DNA from: Candidatus Rifleibacteriota bacterium
Lineage (GTDB): Bacteria > Muiribacteriota > Ozemobacteria > Ozemobacterales > Ozemobacteraceae
Assembly: GCA_018818125.1 (NCBI GenBank)
Contig: JAHISQ010000034.1
Location: forward strand, 30,592 to 94,591
DNA length: 64,000 bases
Reading direction: 5' to 3'
In this document: piece after piece, positions 8,657 through 18,620 of the stretch
Layout of the letters: every line of letters begins with the position of its first letter
How positions within the stretch are numbered: the first letter of the stretch is position 1
The notes under the pieces: model-generated
What the model was told of the DNA's origin: nothing
The model's input: the letters and a program-made list of their open reading frames with translations, nothing else
Databases searched by the model: none
Translations under genes and position numbers: made by a program

Positions 8657-10015
8657 TTATTTGTTTTTAAGTTCGCTGATCAGATTGCAAACGTTAGTCT
8701 GAGTAGCTTCATCGAGACCGCCTTCAACAAATACTCTGAAGTTCAGTTTGGCAATAACGTTGGCGCTAACTTCGCGGTTCTTTTCATTGGCAGTAGAAAC
8801 ATAATCTACCAGGCTTGAAACATCACCACGGCTGATATCAGCAACCAGAGTCTTAACAGCGGCTTTTTTGTAGTAATCTTTAACCATGGTTTCCCACATA
8901 CAATCTTTGGCAAAGGCCAGGTCTTTGTATTCTGCAGAAAAGCTGTAAGAAGAAGTCGGGAAGTAGATGGCCAGGCCAGTAGCATTCTTGGTATTGTAAC
9001 CACTCAGGCCATTGCAAACAACGGTCTTAGCATAAGCAGCTTCGAGTTTCTTGGCCGCAGTCTGGAAACCTTCGTCCTTGATACTTTCTTTGGCCAGAGC
9101 CACGAAGTGACCAAGATCAATGTTGGTTCTGTAATAGAATTTCTGAACACGGTTAAGAGCAGACTTGAATTCGACGGCATATTCGCCGGCCATAGATGCT
9201 TTTGCAAAGCCGTTAATAGCGTCATTCAGGTTATTGATCTCGCTGCATTTGAGAGCAGACTGGGTGCCTGATGAGTTACCAGCGCTACCACCGTTGTAAG
9301 AAATAGCATACTGCTTAACAATAACTGTTGCCAGCTGCTCAGGAGTGATGCCTTTTTTGAAGTTCTCGATAATTTCTTTGTAGGGATAGCCTTCACCAGG
9401 TTCAGTTTCCTGAGAAGCTATAAAATAGTCACAGCCATCTTTTACTGCATAAGCAACTTCCATCATCTGCATAAGGCAAGCATCGAAAGATAGAACATCA
9501 AGTTTTTTGCCAAGTGCAGTTTCGATTTCTTTCAAAGCAACAGTCAGCTGATTGGTAGTGATGTGGTTGTTTGATGAATCATCATAAGAAATACCTTTGA
9601 TGATTTCGTCATTAGCGTTTTTCCAACCGGAGCCATGGTTCCAGATAATTGAACAATAATGTTTGGCCGGATAGGCTTTGGCAGTTTCAGTAACAAATTT
9701 TACATATTCGCGATAGTCGCCCATGTCAAGCTCGCCCATCTCTTTAACAACCTGGATGCCATCTTTAGCAACATAGTTAAGAGTAGCCGGAGCATTTTCG
9801 CGGTCGATAAGGCACACAATGTTAATATTATCGTTTGATCCGCCACCAGCTACCATTTCTTGGAGATCGCCCACGCCGAAAGAATCAAGATTGTTATCGG
9901 CATTCAAAAAAACCATGAATGTCCATTCTTTTTGGGCAGCGGCGCCAGCTGGTGTACAAAAACAAAGTGCAAAGAAAGCAATGGCTAAAATACTAATGAC
10001 TCGTTTCATCTTCAA
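8657..10015 (-). CDS. Secreted clostripain-like cysteine peptidase (family C11)
   Basis: Signal peptide. Motifs WTFMVFLNADNNLD, catalytic His in IIWNHGSGW and catalytic Cys in LSFDACLMQMMEV match the C11 His-Cys dyad pattern. Confidence 0.8.
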   Translation of the reverse strand: MKMKRVISILAIAFFALCFCTPAGAAAQKEWTFMVFLNADNNLDSFGVGDLQEMVAGGGSNDNINIVCLIDRENAPATLNYVAKDGIQVVKEMGELDMGDYREYVKFVTETAKAYPAKHYCSIIWNHGSGWKNANDEIIKGISYDDSSNNHITTNQLTVALKEIETALGKKLDVLSFDACLMQMMEVAYAVKDGCDYFIASQETEPGEGYPYKEIIENFKKGITPEQLATVIVKQYAISYNGGSAGNSSGTQSALKCSEINNLNDAINGFAKASMAGEYAVEFKSALNRVQKFYYRTNIDLGHFVALAKESIKDEGFQTAAKKLEAAYAKTVVCNGLSGYNTKNATGLAIYFPTSSYSFSAEYKDLAFAKDCMWETMVKDYYKKAAVKTLVADISRGDVSSLVDYVSTANEKNREVSANVIAKLNFRVFVEGGLDEATQTNVCNLISELKNK

Positions 10016-10140
10016 TACTCCTTATACTCTTATACAAAACTTATACAATACTCACAGAACACCTACAAAACACTTATACAATACCTAATCAATACTTATA
10101 CTACGTTCATTCATTATAATTATCAAAAAGTACAGTGTCA
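10016..10140. promoter_or_regulatory. 5' region of the C11 peptidase gene containing imperfect direct repeats of ACTTATACAAWAC
   Basis: At least four copies of CTTATACAA / CTTATACTC / CTTATACAATAC lie within about 80 bp immediately upstream of the start codon at 10015. This may be an operator-like repeat array. Confidence 0.3.
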
Positions 10141-10221
10141 ACAGATATAATCATTTTTTTCATGTTGCTAATTGCAAAAGTAAGTTCTGGTTGACCATTT
10201 GAAATTTTTGATGATGACATA

Positions 10222-10257
10222 GAAAAAAACAAGTGGCTGCTGTTGCCAGCAGCCACC
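10222..10257 (-). terminator. Rho-independent terminator downstream of the second C11 peptidase gene
   Basis: GTGGCTGCTG-TTGCC-AGCAGCCAC hairpin followed by a T-run on the minus strand (an A8 run on the + strand). Confidence 0.6.
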
Positions 10258-10279
10258 ACTAAGAACTAATAAACACCTG

Positions 10280-11650
10280 TCAGCGGGCTATAGAGCCAGA
10301 AAGCTGCTTGAAAAGTCCGCTAAATTCTTCTGAGAGAGACTCAGGCAATCCCTTTTCTGTATACATTTCATAGTTAAGCTCACGAATAATAAAGCGGTAG
10401 AAATCTGCATTTTCTGAATTGCTCATGGCGGAAGCAACCAGATTGCGCATCTCGTCAAGACTCCCTGCCTTGATCTCGCTGACAACATTTGCCGCTATAT
10501 CACGCTTGAGAAGAGTTTGAATCATTTCATCCCAGAGTGTCGCCTTGGCAAAGCTGAGTGTCAAATATTTGGCTTCAATCCGGAAGGTTGATGGCAGATA
10601 GATGGCGATACCCTTAGCGTTTTTAGTTGAATTACCAGTGTTTTTGCAGGCGATAACAGCAGCTTTGCCAGCAACCAGAAGCTTGTCGCAAGCAGTTTTT
10701 ACTGATTCATTGCTGCTCATGCGGGCTTTAAGTAATTCGGCGAAATGCAGCATGCTGATGTTTTCTGGGAAGTCGAACTTATGAGTGTTAGCCAAAACTT
10801 CTTTAACTTCGGTTGAGTATTTGCCGCTCATAAGTGCTTTGGCCAGACCGTTTATGGCGTCAACCATTTTATCGAATTTGCTCATATCAACAGCTGACTG
10901 AGTAGATTCATCGTAACCCTGACTGCCACCAGTATATGATTTTGAAAAAGCGTTAACCCAGTTGATCGCAAAGGCTGAAGGAGTCATGCCTTTTTTAACG
11001 CCGACGAGAATATCGTCGTAAGGAGCACCTTTGCCAGGCTCAAGTTCTTCAGAGGCGACCATAAACCCGACGTTGTCTTTAACAGCGTGACCAACTTCGA
11101 CCATCTGCATCAGACACGCATCCATGTTAAGAACGTCAATTTTCTGGCCAAGAATCTCGACCATTTTGGCAGTAGCCAAAGACAACTGAGCGCTAGTTAT
11201 ATGATTGTTAGAAGAGTCGTCATAAGAGATGCCACGGAAAATGTTGTTTAATTTCTTGCCCTTCCAGCCGGAGCCATGGTTCCAGATGGTGAAACTGTAG
11301 TGTTTTGCTGGATAATTCTCTTTTACAAAGCTGGCGAACTTGACAAGTTCGTTGTAATCACCCATATCAACTTCGCCCAAGTCTTTAATCTTGGTAATAT
11401 TATTCTTTTCTATGAAATTAATCTGCGCCGGGCCGCGTTCGCGGTCAATCAAAGTAACAACGTTAAGGTTTGCGTTGGAGCCAACACGAGACATTTCTGT
11501 CTGATCTTCAACTCCAAATTCGTCAAGGTTGTTGTCGGCATTGAGAAAAACTGCTACGGTCCAGTCCTTGAGCTGCTGCGCGCTTGCAGGCGTAAGAACG
11601 ACGAACATAAACAGGGTGGTTACTGCGACGATACTTGCTACTCGCTTCAT
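10280..11650 (-). CDS. Secreted clostripain-like cysteine peptidase (family C11), paralog of 8657-10015
   Basis: Signal peptide. WTVAVFLNADNNLD, FTIWNHGSGW and LNMDACLMQMVEV motifs. The sequence is collinear with the neighbouring paralog across its full length. Confidence 0.8.
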   Translation of the reverse strand: MKRVASIVAVTTLFMFVVLTPASAQQLKDWTVAVFLNADNNLDEFGVEDQTEMSRVGSNANLNVVTLIDRERGPAQINFIEKNNITKIKDLGEVDMGDYNELVKFASFVKENYPAKHYSFTIWNHGSGWKGKKLNNIFRGISYDDSSNNHITSAQLSLATAKMVEILGQKIDVLNMDACLMQMVEVGHAVKDNVGFMVASEELEPGKGAPYDDILVGVKKGMTPSAFAINWVNAFSKSYTGGSQGYDESTQSAVDMSKFDKMVDAINGLAKALMSGKYSTEVKEVLANTHKFDFPENISMLHFAELLKARMSSNESVKTACDKLLVAGKAAVIACKNTGNSTKNAKGIAIYLPSTFRIEAKYLTLSFAKATLWDEMIQTLLKRDIAANVVSEIKAGSLDEMRNLVASAMSNSENADFYRFIIRELNYEMYTEKGLPESLSEEFSGLFKQLSGSIAR

Positions 11651-12026
11651 TCTCGGTCTCCCTGAGCTTATTAATCTTATCCGGGAACGCTTATAGCCGG
11701 ATACTTAGATTGTAATGACCAACAAGAGTATCCGCAAGGGATAAAAGCAAAATATTTTGCATTTTGCGATTTTAATTGCTTCTGGTCTTTTGCTTGTAGT
11801 GCTGTCATTTCGGCAGGTTGCGCTCTTATCATGCGTTGTAACAGCACTAAGGCTCACCAGATCTCGCTTTCTCGGAAACTGCGATTGCCCTGAGAACAAA
11901 TGCTTTAATGGTCGCTGTAAAAAAAATATGGCGTTCAACACGAAAGTTGATAATATGTTTGCTTGAAGAACAACAAATTCTCACAAGATCACAGAAATAC
12001 AAACAAAAATAAACTCAGGTAAACAC

Positions 12027-12488
12027 ATGGAAAAGCTTAATTTTATCGTAGCGACTAAAGAGATTGTAGACGAACTCTTTGAATTTGAAAAAGTCTGTTT
12101 TGAAAACAAGCCAGATCAGTTTTCGAAACGCAGCTTGCGCCACCTTATCGTTTCGCCGACCAGTCGAACCATTATCATTCGCAACGAAAAAGGCAAGATA
12201 TGTGCTGCCGCAATTGGTCTGCTGCGGCATTTTAAAATACCTTCAGGGCGCATCTACAAAATCGGAGTATTGACTGAGTTTGCACGGCGCGGAGTTGGCA
12301 CCGCCCTGATAGAAGAAATCGAAAAATGGTTCAAAAACTCAGGAATGAAAAAAACATGCGCCGAGGTGCGTGAGAGTAACACACCTTCGCGACGCATGTT
12401 CGAGAAAAAGGGCTATGTTGAAACCAAAACGCTTTACTATTTTTACGCGGGCGGCGAAAACGCCGCCAAATATTGGAAAGATCTGTAA
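12027..12488 (+). CDS. GNAT family N-acetyltransferase
   Basis: Acetyl-CoA binding motif RRGVGTALIEEIEKWFKNSGMKK and the C-terminal stretch NTPSRRMFEKKGY. Length of 153 aa fits the family. Confidence 0.75.
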   Translation: MEKLNFIVATKEIVDELFEFEKVCFENKPDQFSKRSLRHLIVSPTSRTIIIRNEKGKICAAAIGLLRHFKIPSGRIYKIGVLTEFARRGVGTALIEEIEKWFKNSGMKKTCAEVRESNTPSRRMFEKKGYVETKTLYYFYAGGENAAKYWKDL

Positions 12489-12494
12489 TCGTTA

Positions 12495-13427
12495 TCAGAC
12501 AGCAGTATCAATCAAACTGGTCTTGGCAGATTCTTTTTCTTCTGGAGCTTTGGCCAGTTTTTCGTAGCCAGACAGCCTGTTGTTGAACAAATTTTCGAAC
12601 AACTGCTGTTTGAACTTCTCGGTATATTTCAAAAAGTCTTCAAGAAAATTCTTGTAGTCGCTCTGACTGACCTTTTTATCTGGCTGAAACAACAGCTCGA
12701 TCTTCGGGGTGTCACCTTCTACGGTTGCTTCGCCAGTCGGCACAGCTCCTTCTGGAACAGATTCCGGTAATGCGCCTCCCATTTCTGGGCTTGCGAGAGC
12801 CGCGCTTCTCACTCCGCCCACATCAGCGAAAAAGGCCGTGGCCTGCTCCTGCATAGCGCCTTTGATCTGATCAAAAGCACCATTAGCCGACCCGTAAGTG
12901 TCTTCGAGGCTGGCGAAAAATTTATCAGATTCCTTCAAAAAGTTTTCGAGCGCAGCTGGACTAAGATCTGCCAGACCTTCGACTGCATCAAAAAATTGGT
13001 TGGTGACTTCAGGAGAGATGTCGAGTGACTTGTCAGTGCCGTTCATAAAAGAGCCAACAGCATCTATCGACAGATCAAAGCTGCTCATAAAAGTTTCAGA
13101 AACTGTGCCACTGAGTTCGACAAAGCGCTCAGCACCTTTCTGACCCATTTTGGCTTCTACCTTGCTGGTTAGTTCATAAAAAAGATCAAACTGAAAAGAA
13201 ATATTGAGGCCGTCGGCCTGGATTGTCTGTGGGTCTTTTTCGTCGGCAACTTCGGGCTTGTCTTTTTTGCCAGTCAGACTGGTATCTTTACTCTTTTCAA
13301 AGACATCCTGAAGTTTCTGTAACCCTTTGGGAAGAAGTTCCGGATCCTTATTAGCCTTCTGGTTGTTGCGCATTTCTCTGAGCTGTTCGAGAAGCGACCT
13401 TCCTTGGTCTGGTAGACGAATATTCAT
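12495..13427 (-). CDS. Hypothetical acidic cytoplasmic protein (310 aa)
   Basis: Long ORF with good coding periodicity and no signal peptide. Rich in D, E and F. No motif recognised. Confidence 0.4.
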   Translation of the reverse strand: MNIRLPDQGRSLLEQLREMRNNQKANKDPELLPKGLQKLQDVFEKSKDTSLTGKKDKPEVADEKDPQTIQADGLNISFQFDLFYELTSKVEAKMGQKGAERFVELSGTVSETFMSSFDLSIDAVGSFMNGTDKSLDISPEVTNQFFDAVEGLADLSPAALENFLKESDKFFASLEDTYGSANGAFDQIKGAMQEQATAFFADVGGVRSAALASPEMGGALPESVPEGAVPTGEATVEGDTPKIELLFQPDKKVSQSDYKNFLEDFLKYTEKFKQQLFENLFNNRLSGYEKLAKAPEEKESAKTSLIDTAV

Positions 13428-13827
13428 TTTCTGCCTCCTTGCAGTTGATGCGACACAATTTTCCTTGTCTTAGATACTAATCGACAAAATGACGACTAAA
13501 GTTTACGACAATAAAGAGGTGTTTTAGACCGAATCCAGCCTTTAAACGCAAAAATCTTATCGGATCAGGCTATTTCCTCTAAAAATATTGAAAATATACC
13601 AACATCATCTGTCATTGCTTTAGTAATGCCAATCCCAAGAACAGATTGCTGCAATCGCAACCGCGAGCAATAAGCGCAACTAACGAGATTTCGCGCAATT
13701 TACGCAGAAAGCGCTTCACACAAAAAAGCAAAAACGCAAAAACGCAAAAACTATGCGAACATTTTTTGCGTGACTTTGCAGCTTAGTGTAATCAAATAAG
13801 TTTCTTGCTGAACCAGCAGTGTACAGT

Positions 13828-15498
13828 CTATTCTTCAGGATTTTCAGAATTCTTGGCTTCTTTGGTGTTTTCAGTGTCCTCGACGACCTCAGTGTCTTCG
13901 AGGACTTCAGTTTTTTCGAGGACTTCAGTATCCTTGATGACTTCAGAATCCTCAATGTCTTCGGTGTCCTCGGTGTCCTCGGTGACATAAGGAATATCTG
14001 GGACTTCTTGCAGGTAATCAAATTCTATTATTGGCCAGTTGACGAAATCAAGATGCTGATCAAGCGTGCTTTGCAGCAAAGCAAAAGCCTCAGCACTGCC
14101 TTCGTCAGCTTCAGAGGCTGCGGCAGATACTTCGCCCTCAGCAAGCCTGGCAGTCTGATTAAGCATGTCATTCAGCAGAACAAAACTCTGGCGCAATTCC
14201 TGTTGAGCAGAGAACTCCGTTGTTTCTGCCTCATCAAGGTCACGGTCCGGGTATTTGTCAGTAAATTCGGCAATGCGGGCAGCTCGGCGTGATCCTTTGC
14301 CGGCCATAATTTCGATTTCGCTCAGCCGGTTCTGTACAAGCTTTTCGAATTTACCGGCAAAAACACTGAATTTTTCCCGATAGTTACGCAGACTGAAGGC
14401 AAAGTCGTTACAGCTGCGAAAAATTCGACCAAGCTGTGAACCCTGCATGACGCCAGGCGCATGATCGCTGACAGCAAGAAAATAGTCGATATTCACGAGG
14501 CAAAACTGGTAATGGTGCTCGAATTGATTCAACAGCGCGACAAGCTGACTGTTCTGGTTCTCTAATAAAACAAGCATATCACGGTTAGTCGCACGCAAAA
14601 ACCCTGGAATGCGGCCCTGAACGTGGCGACGTGAGTTCTGCAACCCGGCCTGCTGGCAGAAATCTGCAATTTGACCTGAAAGTTTGCGCAACATCTGAGC
14701 TAGTTTATCCTGAATGTCGAGCAGATTGCGCAGTTCACTTAACCTGATTTCGCGCGCCAGCGGCTCGCGAATCAGCTCGTTGGTAAAAGTGTGCATAAGA
14801 GTTCTGGTTGTGTTTTCGCAGACGATATTACCGATCTCAAACAGGCGCGGAAACACAAGCATCGCGGCGTTTACAGTATAGACATTATGATTGGCGACTC
14901 GCGCTAAAAACTCGCAATGCCGGCGAAAGCTGCGATCATCACTGGTTCCAGCAATGATTGCCAGGGCGCGGCGACTGAATTCTCCAGATTTTACTGCCAG
15001 CTTATGACTCTGTTCGAAGTGTTCTTCGATATCTTTGAGCGAACCCTGAGTGTACGGCTCGCCGTCGAACGGACCAGGCGCTGCCTTTTCTGGTTCGGGT
15101 TCTATTTCTTCTGTTTGCGAAGCGATTTCTTCGTGCTGGCCGGTCTCATCGCCCAACCGTGCTGTTTCTGATCCCACAATTGAATCCTCTGAAATAACAC
15201 CATCTACAGCCGAGTCCTTTTCTACGACGGCAGCGACAGGCAAATCTGCATCTGGCGCTTTTTCTACTGTTAAGTCTGCAACCGGCTCTTCAACCAGACC
15301 GGTTCCCGCCAACAGGCCTTCCCTGACACTACCAGCGTCTTCAGGAGACTGCACAACCGCGGAAACAGTAGTTTTATCAGCACTACTTGATTCAGAAACA
15401 GCAGCTGGCACAGCAATGTTCTGGGCAAATACAAAACCAGGAAAAGAGAAAGCCGCTGTAAGGAACAGCGGCATTGCAATCAATAATGTTTTTTTCAT
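13828..15498 (-). CDS. Secreted acidic protein with a C-terminal tandem-repeat tail
   Basis: Signal peptide MKKTLLIAMPLFLTAAFSFPGFVFA. The N-terminal third is highly acidic. A central domain of about 250 aa has no recognised motif. The C-terminus is an (E/D)-T-E-[VI] repeat array. Confidence 0.5.
   Translation of the reverse strand: MKKTLLIAMPLFLTAAFSFPGFVFAQNIAVPAAVSESSSADKTTVSAVVQSPEDAGSVREGLLAGTGLVEEPVADLTVEKAPDADLPVAAVVEKDSAVDGVISEDSIVGSETARLGDETGQHEEIASQTEEIEPEPEKAAPGPFDGEPYTQGSLKDIEEHFEQSHKLAVKSGEFSRRALAIIAGTSDDRSFRRHCEFLARVANHNVYTVNAAMLVFPRLFEIGNIVCENTTRTLMHTFTNELIREPLAREIRLSELRNLLDIQDKLAQMLRKLSGQIADFCQQAGLQNSRRHVQGRIPGFLRATNRDMLVLLENQNSQLVALLNQFEHHYQFCLVNIDYFLAVSDHAPGVMQGSQLGRIFRSCNDFAFSLRNYREKFSVFAGKFEKLVQNRLSEIEIMAGKGSRRAARIAEFTDKYPDRDLDEAETTEFSAQQELRQSFVLLNDMLNQTARLAEGEVSAAASEADEGSAEAFALLQSTLDQHLDFVNWPIIEFDYLQEVPDIPYVTEDTEDTEDIEDSEVIKDTEVLEKTEVLEDTEVVEDTENTKEAKNSENPEE
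13850..13990. repeat. Coding tandem repeat (period about 9-18 bp) specifying the EDTE(V/I) tail of the 556-aa secreted protein
   Basis: GAGGACTTCAGT / GATGACTTCAGA / GTCCTCGGT units are repeated head-to-tail. Arrays like this are prone to length variation. Confidence 0.5.
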
Positions 15499-15700
15499 TT
15501 AACAACAGCCTCGAACAAGTTTTGTTCGATTATAAGCTGTCAACCTCTGAACTGCAACTAAGGCCTTGTTAAAGAACAACTGTTACATTCTCAGGCGGCT
15601 CTTATAGCCCTTGGCCATAAGAGCCCCGTATCCCGTAGTGCTCACTGGAAGTTATAGCACCCGACCATAAGGCCCGCAACAGAGGCCCCTTCCTGGAGAT

Positions 15701-16267
15701 TTATTCTGAGTCAGCGGCATGCCCACCCTTGTAAGATTTCTGGTAAGTGCTACGGCTTGGCATTGTCGGAAAAGACATCTGCCCAGAAGCCTGAACAGAA
15801 TTCATATTACCATACCAAGTATAGGTTCGGGTAATCGGATTGAGCATGGCATAAAGCTCGGCACTGCCATCACCATCTGCGTCAACGTAGATCTTATCAG
15901 ATATACCGTTGCCGCTAAGATCATATTCCCACTGATCGATGCGACCATCAAAGTTGCGGTCATATTGATAGTCATTGAATTTGGCATCAAAATTTCGGTC
16001 TGTGGCCCAATAATCGGCTCGACTGTCGCCATTACGATCGGCAATAATCAAATCGACGCGACCATCACCATTTCTGTCATACTGACCAGCAGTCTGCAGG
16101 TATCGACCCGAATTTGCGTAGGCCATATCAGGATTCATCGACTCGCTGCTTTCGCCTGGTTCCAACTCGTTCAGATTAGCCATAACCTGTGACGCAACTA
16201 TCGCCATGGTAATGAGCAGTATCGCAAACACCAATACTGGCTTTCGATTTAGCATAAAAACCTCCAT
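15701..16267 (-). CDS. Secreted calcium-binding repeat protein (DxDxDG / EF-hand-like loops)
   Basis: Signal peptide. At least five loops of the form D-R-N-G-D-G-R-V-D, DRNGDSRAD, DRNFDGRID, DLSGNGISD and DADGDGSAE. Confidence 0.55.
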   Translation of the reverse strand: MEVFMLNRKPVLVFAILLITMAIVASQVMANLNELEPGESSESMNPDMAYANSGRYLQTAGQYDRNGDGRVDLIIADRNGDSRADYWATDRNFDAKFNDYQYDRNFDGRIDQWEYDLSGNGISDKIYVDADGDGSAELYAMLNPITRTYTWYGNMNSVQASGQMSFPTMPSRSTYQKSYKGGHAADSE

Positions 16268-16356
16268 GTCGGGGCATGAGAAAAGAAAGTATAAAAATTG
16301 CAGGTTATAGCAAGCAAAATCTTACACACATTTTTTCTGTGATCTGACTGGCGCGT

Positions 16357-18573
16357 TTAATTCAGCAGCAAAGCAATGGACAGACCCATACTCAGAGCGG
16401 CAATTAAAGCTGTACAGGCCGGCGACGAGAAAAATCGCCAATAAAGAAAGCCGAGTAATGAAAATAGCGCTGCCGGCAGCATGGTCGGAGACGGGGAAAT
16501 TGCCGTTAAAACCGCGAGCGCGATGAATGCCTGCGTGCGGCGGCCAGTTAGCAAATCACTTTGAACCTGCCTGAAAGTCAAAAACGAGAAAAAAGCAGCG
16601 GCAAGAACCGGCAGCGCCGAGATCAAAACGACTGACATATCATAACTCAGGCCAATGTCGCCAATCATGTGTGCAAAATAAATCAGTTCTCGAGTTAGAA
16701 GCTCTTTTGTTGCAATATTGTGATAAAGATAAAGCCAGGTGCCCCCAGTGCTCAGCGCACTGAACACGACAATCGCCACAGCTCTCGGCAACCAACCAGC
16801 AGCAGCAGCAACAGCGTTGTTCGCCAGAGGAAGAGCGGCGCCTTCCTGCTTTTTGAAACCAACTGTCAGCATGGCCAAAGGTGTCATGACCAGCGCCGGC
16901 AAAACCCATGTCCATAAACCGGTGTCTTCGCCTGGAATTACTGCCAGAAAAAATTGTTTCATGACAACTTCGCCGCCCAGAAAAGCAAATACAAGCAACA
17001 TGAAGTTAATCCAACGCTGTTGGCTGTTGTCGTGCTGGCTTGTTTCGAGGCGATAAAACATCAGCGTCCGAGCTTTCATGTTGAGCAGAACGACAATCAC
17101 GGCAAAAAGCAGAGCATTGTAAAAGTTCAACAGATTAAGTGCTTTAATCGGCACCAGCAGAAGCATAACGCCCAAAGCAGCTGCCTTAGCCGATAGAGTT
17201 GAACTCTGCTGCAGCATTTTGCTATCGAAAACCGGAAATATTGCCGAAAGTTGCAGGGCCGCCCAGACGCAGGCTGCAGTAAATAGCATTGTCAGAACTG
17301 CCGCTTTCGCAATCTCCAGCGCAGCGAAGTTCAGATACCATGCCGCCACAACTGTCAGCGGCAGAAAAATTATCGTTGCAGTCGTTACCCAGAAAACAAA
17401 TTTGCGGCGCAGGATTTCGCCGGGATGAAGTGGCAGGCTCTCGAGCAGCGATATGGTGCGTCCTTCGCTGCCAATGGCATTGGTTGGCCCGAACATGCAA
17501 AAATAGACGATACCTGCAAAAATCAAATTAAGCAGCGCTGCGAGTGTTTTAAAATCTAGCAGCTTTCCGACAAAAAAAATATTGACTAATATGAGCGTTA
17601 TCGGCATCAGCAAGGCATTAACTTTAATATTATAGTCGCTTTGCATCAGCAGATAATCTTTTTGCGCAAGCCCTGAAAACCTACTGTGCTGCCGTGGCTG
17701 ATTTTGCCTGGTCTTTGTCTTTCTGATCGAAAGTGCACCTGCATTGAGTGCCCGATGCAGCAGGAAAGTAAAAAAGACCATTGCAGCGAACCACAAACCG
17801 CTGAACATCCAGAATTCCCGCACCGACCCGACATGTAAAAGAGTGGCACCTAACCAGCGCACCGGCTGCAATACTACAAACAGAGAGTTTTCCAGACTGG
17901 CGTAAGAACTCATCAGGAACTGGACGGCCATTAATGGCGACTGATCAACCAGTGCATAGGGAACGAAAATGGCAAATCCTGAAAAGTAGCCAAAAATCGA
18001 AAAAAAGTTGTTTATCGAGGTCATTGGCAGGTATCGTCGCAGGCTCAGCATGACCAGGTTGATGATGGTGCCGAGCAACAGACTGATCTGCAGAAAAAGA
18101 ATCAGAGAAATAAAAATTGCCCCGACACTAAATCCTTCACGACAGGTTGTCGCAATAAAACCCGGCAGAAGAACCAGGGCGCCAATATAGTCACTGGCAC
18201 AGCGCTCAAAAATCTTGACGCAGAGCAAACTTGCTGGAGGCACCGGCAGTGTTGTCAGATAATCAAAATCTGAGCTCATTTGCCCGGCGTTTATAGTATG
18301 CCCGCTGAGCAAATCACTTATCAGCACCACAAAGATCGCATAAAAGGCTATAAAGCCAATCAACCATTCCGGCAACCAGACAGGAAGCCCCAGCAGGCCA
18401 ATTTGCAGAACCATTTCTGAAACTGCTGAGCTGATAGCAAATATCATCATCAGAGCAGCAAAAAAGATCAACACAGCTTTTTTACCGGTCAGACGAGCCC
18501 TCAAACTATTGTAGAAAAGTCTGAGTTTAACCTTGCAAAGAGGAACAGTTGTTGCCAGAAACGATGCACTCAT
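16357..18573 (-). CDS. Large polytopic membrane protein (738 aa, more than 14 predicted helices), function unknown
   Basis: Continuous hydrophobic helices throughout and no soluble domain of more than 60 aa. It sits in a minus-strand run with secreted proteins. Confidence 0.6.
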   Translation of the reverse strand: MSASFLATTVPLCKVKLRLFYNSLRARLTGKKAVLIFFAALMMIFAISSAVSEMVLQIGLLGLPVWLPEWLIGFIAFYAIFVVLISDLLSGHTINAGQMSSDFDYLTTLPVPPASLLCVKIFERCASDYIGALVLLPGFIATTCREGFSVGAIFISLILFLQISLLLGTIINLVMLSLRRYLPMTSINNFFSIFGYFSGFAIFVPYALVDQSPLMAVQFLMSSYASLENSLFVVLQPVRWLGATLLHVGSVREFWMFSGLWFAAMVFFTFLLHRALNAGALSIRKTKTRQNQPRQHSRFSGLAQKDYLLMQSDYNIKVNALLMPITLILVNIFFVGKLLDFKTLAALLNLIFAGIVYFCMFGPTNAIGSEGRTISLLESLPLHPGEILRRKFVFWVTTATIIFLPLTVVAAWYLNFAALEIAKAAVLTMLFTAACVWAALQLSAIFPVFDSKMLQQSSTLSAKAAALGVMLLLVPIKALNLLNFYNALLFAVIVVLLNMKARTLMFYRLETSQHDNSQQRWINFMLLVFAFLGGEVVMKQFFLAVIPGEDTGLWTWVLPALVMTPLAMLTVGFKKQEGAALPLANNAVAAAAGWLPRAVAIVVFSALSTGGTWLYLYHNIATKELLTRELIYFAHMIGDIGLSYDMSVVLISALPVLAAAFFSFLTFRQVQSDLLTGRRTQAFIALAVLTAISPSPTMLPAALFSLLGFLYWRFFSSPACTALIAALSMGLSIALLLN

Positions 18574-18620
18574 GGTTGGTGTTTTATGTGTCTTTTGACT
18601 ATATCTTACCGCTGACCAGT

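Noticed and set aside
12495-13427. Assigning the 310-aa acidic protein to a phasin or flagellar-regulator family
   Set aside because: The only basis is compositional resemblance. There is no motif support.
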